A DNA stretch of 64,000 nt from Patescibacteria group bacterium (GTDB lineage: Bacteria > Patescibacteriota > Gracilibacteria > UBA4473). The stretch lies in contig CBFIAK010000001.1 of assembly GCA_965660445.1 (NCBI GenBank), positions 416,001-480,000 of the forward strand. The letters are read 5' to 3'. Both the position numbers and the translations under genes were made by a program. Under the pieces are notes generated by a model. It ran no database searches and was not told where the DNA came from. It worked only from the letters and a program-made list of their open reading frames with translations. Below, piece by piece: positions 57,935-64,000 of this stretch. Each line of letters begins with the position of its first letter. Position 1 is the first letter of the stretch.

Positions 57935-59608
57935 ATGAAAAAAATATATACAACAGGCTTCCTATTCCTCTTTGTTCTCTTTGGATACGCGATGAATATT
58001 TCGGCTCAAGAATTGCAGCCGACTCTTCGAGTGAGTCTCAGTGGATCAAATCCTCCAACGCAAAGAGTGTATGTTGGATCAGAAGGAGTTGAAGTCTTCC
58101 GTGTTTGGCTTACTCCACACCATCATGAACAAGGAAGTATCACGTTGAAGACATTTCGAATAGAGCATGAGGGAGATAAAAGTCATTTCCTACGCTATAA
58201 CCTTGTGCAGGATAACCGAGTGCTTTCAACTGTTTCTTTGCCAAGTGGTAATTTTATAGAATTTCGAAATCTCAATATTGTTCTTTCTGACGATATGACA
58301 ACAGAACTTCGTGTTTTTGCTGATGTATCTCAGCGTACTATAGAAGGTGATCACGTGTTTTTTATCGGTCATCCAAACGATGTTCCGTTGGAAAAAAATG
58401 ATATTCGAGACCTCGAAACAAAAGTTATCGGAAATTTTCCTGTAGAATCAAATAGAATTGTTATAGGGGAATCATTTGAAACGCCTTCTGCGGAATGCAA
58501 TATGCGAGAAGAGCCAGTGTGTGGAGTTGATGGAAAAACCTATTATAATATGTGTATTCCGTTTCAAAAAAATATTGCGCTTGATTATATGGGAGTATGT
58601 TATGAATCTGATAATCGAAAACAAACTCAGTGCGGAAGTCTTGTTGAACCAATATGTGGAAGCGACGGACGTACATATGCCAATACGTGTTTTTTAGAAC
58701 AGAAAGAAGGTATTTTTAAAAGATATGATGGAGAGTGTTTTCCTCAGGATTTTGAGTTTCCTCGTCTTTTTTCTCAAGCGGTAGAGTTGTTGAGTCGAAA
58801 ATCAAAAGAACTTCAGCAAGTAAGACCACGTTTATCAGATACCGCTCAAAATCGGTTGCAAGATGTGGTTTCCGTACTTCAGTCTTATAACTTTACATCT
58901 GAAAACACAGAAGATTTACTTCAGCGTATTGGTGAGTTTTTAGAGTTCTCAACAATCTCATCAAAGGGATTGATGCTCGAACAAGAAATTGAAAAACTTA
59001 ATGCTGCTGTTATACAAGCACGAGCAAGATCAGCACAAAAAAAATATGAATCAGGAATTATTCCTTTTCGAGACGTTGATGAAAACGCTTGGTTTCTATC
59101 ATCAGTAAATTTCATGAAGAACAATAATTTTATACAAGATTTAGTTTCTATTGATGACATGATCTATGGAACGTTTCGACCCGAGGAATTTGTGACAAAA
59201 GCAGAAGCAACCCATTTACTTCTTTTAGTACAAGGAAAAGATATGTTTGAGGTTTTACCTCCACGTAATAGATTAGGAAGATCTCATCGATTTCATAACG
59301 CAATTTCTGTTGCTGAAACCATGAATGCGTCTTTATGGGCTCGTGATGCGAATCCAGATCAAAAAATAAATCGGTTTGAAATGATTCAGCTTATCACAGA
59401 GCTTTATGATTTAGAGGTGCCTGATTATCCAAGAACTGTTTTTCGAGATGTAGAAAATCAAGAATTTGTATCTGTGCTGGAATTCGCTCGTGATAAAGGG
59501 CTTATTGCTGGTTATGCTGATGGGAGTGTTCGCCCAAAACGACTCCTCACTCGAGCAGAAGCAGTACATTTAATTTGGAAAGCACATTCTCTCTTTGGTG
59601 ACCTTTAA
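57935..59608 (+). CDS. SLH-domain surface protein with two Kazal-type domains
   Basis: Signal peptide; PVCGVDGKTYYNMC and PICGSDGRTYANTC; FRDV, VTKAEA, GYADGSVRP..LTRAEA. Confidence 0.9.
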   Translation: MKKIYTTGFLFLFVLFGYAMNISAQELQPTLRVSLSGSNPPTQRVYVGSEGVEVFRVWLTPHHHEQGSITLKTFRIEHEGDKSHFLRYNLVQDNRVLSTVSLPSGNFIEFRNLNIVLSDDMTTELRVFADVSQRTIEGDHVFFIGHPNDVPLEKNDIRDLETKVIGNFPVESNRIVIGESFETPSAECNMREEPVCGVDGKTYYNMCIPFQKNIALDYMGVCYESDNRKQTQCGSLVEPICGSDGRTYANTCFLEQKEGIFKRYDGECFPQDFEFPRLFSQAVELLSRKSKELQQVRPRLSDTAQNRLQDVVSVLQSYNFTSENTEDLLQRIGEFLEFSTISSKGLMLEQEIEKLNAAVIQARARSAQKKYESGIIPFRDVDENAWFLSSVNFMKNNNFIQDLVSIDDMIYGTFRPEEFVTKAEATHLLLLVQGKDMFEVLPPRNRLGRSHRFHNAISVAETMNASLWARDANPDQKINRFEMIQLITELYDLEVPDYPRTVFRDVENQEFVSVLEFARDKGLIAGYADGSVRPKRLLTRAEAVHLIWKAHSLFGDL

Positions 59609-59615
59609 TGGTGTT

Positions 59616-60986
59616 ATGAAATCAAAAATAACGTATTTATGTACTGAGTGTGGTGATACTTTCTCAAAATGGATGGGGAAATGTGCTACCTGTGGATCAT
59701 GGAATACAATTCAGGAGTATAAAGAAAGTATCGCAGGGTCTCAGAAAACAAAATCAAAAACAGGGAACGATCTTCAGGTACAGAAAAAGACAGATAAACC
59801 ATTGTCTCCATTATTTGCTGATCGATTATCTACGGGTATTCAAGAATTAGACAGAGTTTTGGGTGGTGGATTTTTTCCTGGTTCACTCACTTTGTTTGGA
59901 GGTGCTCCAGGGGTAGGGAAGTCAACGTTATCACTACAAATATTTTTGTCTTTTAAAGAGAAATCCTCGAAAAAAGCGTTTTATTTTTCAGGAGAAGAGA
60001 GTGTCGAACAAGTGTGTCATAGAGCTGACCGTATTTGTGGAGAAGGTATTGATTATTCATTTCGAGATAGTTTATTTTCTACGTATTCATTAGAAGACAT
60101 TGTGAAAACTATTGAAGTTCAAAAACCAGAATTTGCAGTTATCGATTCCATTCAAATGGTAGGACTCGAAAATGCTCAACTCGGAAGCATCGCACAAATG
60201 AGAGTGAATGCAGAGATTTTGTTGAAAGTGGCAAAACAAACGGGTACCGCCTTACTTGTTATTGGGCATATGACGAAATCAGATGAACTTGCGGGTCCTC
60301 GTTTGTTAGAACATATCGTGGATACTGTCTTGCAACTAGAAGGCGATCGAAACTCAGAAATTCGTATTTTGCGATCACCTAAAAATCGGTTTGGTTCAAC
60401 ACTTGATATAGGTGTTTTTGAAATGCAGTCGCAGGGACTTCGAGATCTTCTCAATCCTTCGGAATTTTTCTTGTCAGAACGAGTCGCTGGAGGGTTTGGA
60501 TCCGTTATAACCGTTATGCGGGAAGGGGCTCGTAATTTTTTAATAGAAATACAAGCGTTGACTGTTCGTACAAATTTTGGACTTCCTCGTCGAACAAGTC
60601 ATGGGGTTGATATGGCAAAACTTCATTTGCTTTTAGCGGTCATTTCAAAATTCACCCCATTTTCATGTGATGCGCATGATGCTTATGTGAATATTACTAG
60701 TGGCATGAAATTATCAGAACCATCGTGTGATTTAGCAATCATTGCGGCTTTGGTGAGTTCCCGAGCAGAAAAAGAAGTTCCCGCTGATACGATTGTATTA
60801 GGAGAGGTTGGACTTTCAGGGGAAGTAAGAAGTGTGTCTTCGTTACAATCACGTATACAGGAAGCGGAAAAACTTGGATTTAAACGAGCTATTATTCCTC
60901 ATATGAGAGGCTCCTTATCATCAGGTATGCAGTTGCATGAAGTAAAAACCGTTCAAGAAAGTCTTCGAATACTCTTTGGGGCGTAG
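59616..60986 (+). CDS. radA: DNA repair protein RadA/Sms
   Basis: CTECG..KWMGKCATCGSWN, GAPGVGKST, KNRFG, GEVGLSGEVR. Confidence 0.97.
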   Translation: MKSKITYLCTECGDTFSKWMGKCATCGSWNTIQEYKESIAGSQKTKSKTGNDLQVQKKTDKPLSPLFADRLSTGIQELDRVLGGGFFPGSLTLFGGAPGVGKSTLSLQIFLSFKEKSSKKAFYFSGEESVEQVCHRADRICGEGIDYSFRDSLFSTYSLEDIVKTIEVQKPEFAVIDSIQMVGLENAQLGSIAQMRVNAEILLKVAKQTGTALLVIGHMTKSDELAGPRLLEHIVDTVLQLEGDRNSEIRILRSPKNRFGSTLDIGVFEMQSQGLRDLLNPSEFFLSERVAGGFGSVITVMREGARNFLIEIQALTVRTNFGLPRRTSHGVDMAKLHLLLAVISKFTPFSCDAHDAYVNITSGMKLSEPSCDLAIIAALVSSRAEKEVPADTIVLGEVGLSGEVRSVSSLQSRIQEAEKLGFKRAIIPHMRGSLSSGMQLHEVKTVQESLRILFGA

Positions 60987-60988
60987 TC

Positions 60989-61765
60989 TTATTCGTCGGG
61001 ATAGAGATTTTCTTCAGGTCCTTGAGATACCGAAAGATTGTCGATGTTGGACAATTTTTGTGTTCGAGAAGAGTCAGGGTTATAGGTCTGATAGAGCAGT
61101 TCTATAATTTCTTGAGTGTTTAGCATTCTGACGCTCAATCCACAGTTTTCGATAGCTGTTCGTACTACATTTACACGTGCTTGGAGTGTTTTTTGTAGAT
61201 CAGAAAACTCTTTTCGGCGTTTAATGATATCAAGGACCGTATCATCCGTTTTGATATAGGCAATAAACTTTGCAAATAATGATTTTGGTTGTGCTCGTAA
61301 TGGGTCAACGGGAATCACAATAAAGAATCGTTTTTGCATGATATCAGCACGTTCGACAATTCGTTGAATATACTCTATATATTCATTCATTTGGTCTTGC
61401 AAAAGTTGATTTTGCAGACGTTTACTTTGATTGTGTAATTTATGAATATAACTATCAATATCGAGTTTTTTTGATTTAACACATATTTGTATAGGAAAAT
61501 CGAGTGCGTTTAAGAACTTTTGATACGAAAGAATAATAGCTTCTTGTTCTTCTGGTGATTTAAGATTGAAGTTCATAGATGTCACTTCCAACACAGCTCG
61601 AACACCTCCTTTTTTCAGAATGAGTACAGAATTATGAGCCGCTGCAAATTCTAAATAGCGTTGAGTAGAAAGAATCTTATTTTTTGGTTTCAATGGACTC
61701 TCCACAAGCGCACTTGCAGTTTGTTCAAACGTTGAAGGATCTTTTTGTGTGTTTTTATTACTCAT
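60989..61765 (-). CDS. VirB4/TraC N-terminal-like conjugation-associated protein (PrgI partner)
   Basis: STQRYL, GGVRAVLEV.SMNFNLKS.EEQEAII..Y..FLNAL.FPIQI, ELLYQTYNP. Confidence 0.78.
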   Translation of the reverse strand: MSNKNTQKDPSTFEQTASALVESPLKPKNKILSTQRYLEFAAAHNSVLILKKGGVRAVLEVTSMNFNLKSPEEQEAIILSYQKFLNALDFPIQICVKSKKLDIDSYIHKLHNQSKRLQNQLLQDQMNEYIEYIQRIVERADIMQKRFFIVIPVDPLRAQPKSLFAKFIAYIKTDDTVLDIIKRRKEFSDLQKTLQARVNVVRTAIENCGLSVRMLNTQEIIELLYQTYNPDSSRTQKLSNIDNLSVSQGPEENLYPDE

Positions 61766-62213
61766 GAGTGTGCGAATAATACGTTTTATGATCAAGGAAA
61801 TCAGCTAATTCTTTTGCTTTTTCTTTATCGTACTGTTTTGTTTCTGTCTGTTCAACCTTCTTTTGAAGTGGATCTACTTTTGTGGTTATTGAAACAAATG
61901 GTTCGCCTGCCCCAGCTATCCAATACCGTTTTGGATACCGGAAAAATCCATGTTCCATAAGCAGGAGGAATAGATGAGAGATACTCACACCTTTTATTCT
62001 TATAAAGGCAATAATAATGGCGAGTACAGCAGGAGTCCAAATAAGAACCATAAGGAGAGCAGAGACTTCAGATGAATCTTTTCCTTCTGCGAGATTTATG
62101 AAAAGAAGGTACGATATTCCACCACCCACTAAAAGAATTATCAGTTGTCTGAAGGTTATAAACCATAACACCTGATCTTCTCTTTCGACATTTTGAGGAA
62201 CTTTGAAACGCAT
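61758..62213 (-). CDS. PrgI family protein
   Basis: FKVPQNVEREDQV..ITFRQL, two TMs, PKRYW. Confidence 0.88.
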   Translation of the reverse strand: MRFKVPQNVEREDQVLWFITFRQLIILLVGGGISYLLFINLAEGKDSSEVSALLMVLIWTPAVLAIIIAFIRIKGVSISHLFLLLMEHGFFRYPKRYWIAGAGEPFVSITTKVDPLQKKVEQTETKQYDKEKAKELADFLDHKTYYSHTHE

Positions 62214-62346
62214 ATCGGTTCATTATATCACAAAAAACCCAGAAAATCAATACAGAACAAGAAATATTTTATGTTTTTAGATGAGTTTGTTTTATCTTTT
62301 TTTAAAATTTTGTATTATGCGCCTGTATTTTAAATAATTAGTATTG

Positions 62347-63846
62347 ATGCAAGAAGATCATAAGCTCATTCAGCAGCGAAAACAGAAATGGCAGTTATGG
62401 CAAGAAAAAGGCTATGATTATGCAGAAAAATTTGATCGAACTCATACGACTCAAGAAGCCCAAGAGCATGCAGGCAATATAACTCTACGATCAGCAGAAT
62501 CGGTTCTGGAAAATCCTAGTAGTAGTGTGCGTATGTGTGGGCGGATACTCAATATGCGTCATATGGGAAAGTTGTCGTTTGTGCGTATTCGCGATGGATA
62601 TGGTGATTTTCAGATTTGTCTATCAAAAAATGTATTGGATGATGCGTATACGGATTTTATAAAAATATTAGATTTAGGAGATTTTTGTGGGTTTGCAGGA
62701 GAATTTTTTATCACAAAACATGGAGAACCAACACTTCTTGCACAATCGGTTCTTCCTTTGTCAAAATCACTGCGTCCTTTGCCTGAAAAATTTCATGGTA
62801 TTCATGATAAAGAATTGTGTTATAGAAAACGATATCTTGATATTCTTATGAATCAAGAAACATTTCAACGATTTCAAGTCAGAAGCCGAGTGATACAGTT
62901 TATTCGACAATTTTTGATGGAGAAAGGGTTTTTAGAAATAGAAACACGCACACTCGTGCCGCAAGCTGGAGGGGCGATGGCAAAAGTGTTTGAAACTCAT
63001 CATGAAGCACTTGATACTGATTTTTCATTGCGCATTGCGTTAGAACTTGATTTGAAAATGGCTGTGGTTGGGGGTTATGAGCGTGTTTTTGAAATAGGAA
63101 AATGTTTTCGGAATGAAGGAATGGATCCTTCTCATTTACAAGAATTTACAATGCTTGAATGGTATGCAGCCTATAAAGATTTAGAAGAGAATATGGCATG
63201 GACTCAAGAAATGATTCTCATGGTTCTTGAAAATGTATTGGGGACAAAAAAAGTAAATATTCAAACAAAAAACAAAGATATGCTTGAGATTGATTTTTCA
63301 AAAACATGGAAACGAAAGAATTTTGCTGATTTATTATTGGAATATGCAGGACTCAATATGTTTGAAGCTTCCGATAGTGATATTCGTACAAAAGCTCGTG
63401 AAGTTGGGATAGATGCCAAAGATATTGAAAAAACAGGGCGTGCGAACTTACTCGATGATATTTATAAGAAAACAGCTCGTCCTCATTTATTAGAACCAAC
63501 ATTTGTGATGAATTATCCTTCTGAGCTCAAGCCACTTGCTCGTCCCAATGGAGATGGAACGGCTAGTTGTGCGCAATTACTGGTTGCTGGATGGGAAATT
63601 ACAAATGCTTACGGGGAATTAGTCGATCCACAGTTACAACGTTCTCTTTTAGAAGACCAAGCGAAAGCAAAATCAGCAGGTGACGAAGAAGCAATGGATG
63701 TGAATGAAGAGTTTCTACAAGCCATGGAATACGGCATGCCTCCTATGACTGGTTTTGGAATGGGAATTGATCGATTTGTAACGCTTATTACCCAGCAAGA
63801 CAATTTGCGTGACACGGTTTTATTTCCGTTAATGAAGCGAGAATAA
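62347..63846 (+). CDS. lysS: lysine--tRNA ligase (class II)
   Basis: OB-fold RHMGKLSF, LRPLPEKFHG, FRNEGMD.SHLQEFT, YGMPPMTGFGMGIDR. Confidence 0.98.
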   Translation: MQEDHKLIQQRKQKWQLWQEKGYDYAEKFDRTHTTQEAQEHAGNITLRSAESVLENPSSSVRMCGRILNMRHMGKLSFVRIRDGYGDFQICLSKNVLDDAYTDFIKILDLGDFCGFAGEFFITKHGEPTLLAQSVLPLSKSLRPLPEKFHGIHDKELCYRKRYLDILMNQETFQRFQVRSRVIQFIRQFLMEKGFLEIETRTLVPQAGGAMAKVFETHHEALDTDFSLRIALELDLKMAVVGGYERVFEIGKCFRNEGMDPSHLQEFTMLEWYAAYKDLEENMAWTQEMILMVLENVLGTKKVNIQTKNKDMLEIDFSKTWKRKNFADLLLEYAGLNMFEASDSDIRTKAREVGIDAKDIEKTGRANLLDDIYKKTARPHLLEPTFVMNYPSELKPLARPNGDGTASCAQLLVAGWEITNAYGELVDPQLQRSLLEDQAKAKSAGDEEAMDVNEEFLQAMEYGMPPMTGFGMGIDRFVTLITQQDNLRDTVLFPLMKRE

Positions 63847-63865
63847 TATTTTTATGAACACATAA

Positions 63866-64000
63866 ATGATACAGAAATTGTCGTTGCAAGATTTTCGGAA
63901 TTACGAGCATCGAGAGTTTGTATTTGAATCGAAAAATATTGTTTTTTGTGGACCAAATGGTATAGGAAAAACGAATATTTTAGAATCAATTGCATTACTC
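63866..64000 (+). CDS. recF: DNA replication/repair protein RecF (3'-truncated by the window edge)
   Basis: Own translation: MIQKLSLQDFRNY..GPNGIGKTNILESIALL. Confidence 0.88.
   Translation, partial: MIQKLSLQDFRNYEHREFVFESKNIVFCGPNGIGKTNILESIALL

Overview
AT-rich bacterial chromosome segment in standard code 11 (TGA ends several genes). Gene content suggests a Patescibacteria/CPR organism, possibly Peregrinibacteria-like; this is an inference from the PrgI + VirB4-N-like pair, SLH proteins, type IV pilin, domain-inserted LeuRS and scattered housekeeping genes. Housekeeping genes: fmt, leuS, yebC, V/A-ATPase subunit A, trxB-like, iscS, gyrB, groES/groEL with a CIRCE, rsmF-like, rlmD, radA, lysS and the start of recF. 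Five tRNAs: His-GTG, Ser-GCT, Lys-CTT, Thr-GGT, Glu-CTC. There are many envelope/surface proteins and ORFans. The strongest unexplained signal is a ~500-bp ORF-free region (22540-23076) with two convergent near-consensus sigma70 promoters, a boxA-like motif, long G-U-rich helices and mutually exclusive terminator/antiterminator-like folds: a candidate new ncRNA, antisense or attenuator system. Also notable: an alpha/beta-hydrolase inserted in LeuRS, a solitary V/A-ATPase A gene, two beta-barrel-like proteins, and modular 7-mer/9-mer palindromic repeat families at 25.0, 53.4 and 56.3 kb. No CRISPR array, rRNA, transposase, integrase or reverse transcriptase was seen. All protein calls come from motif recognition by eye, not database searches.
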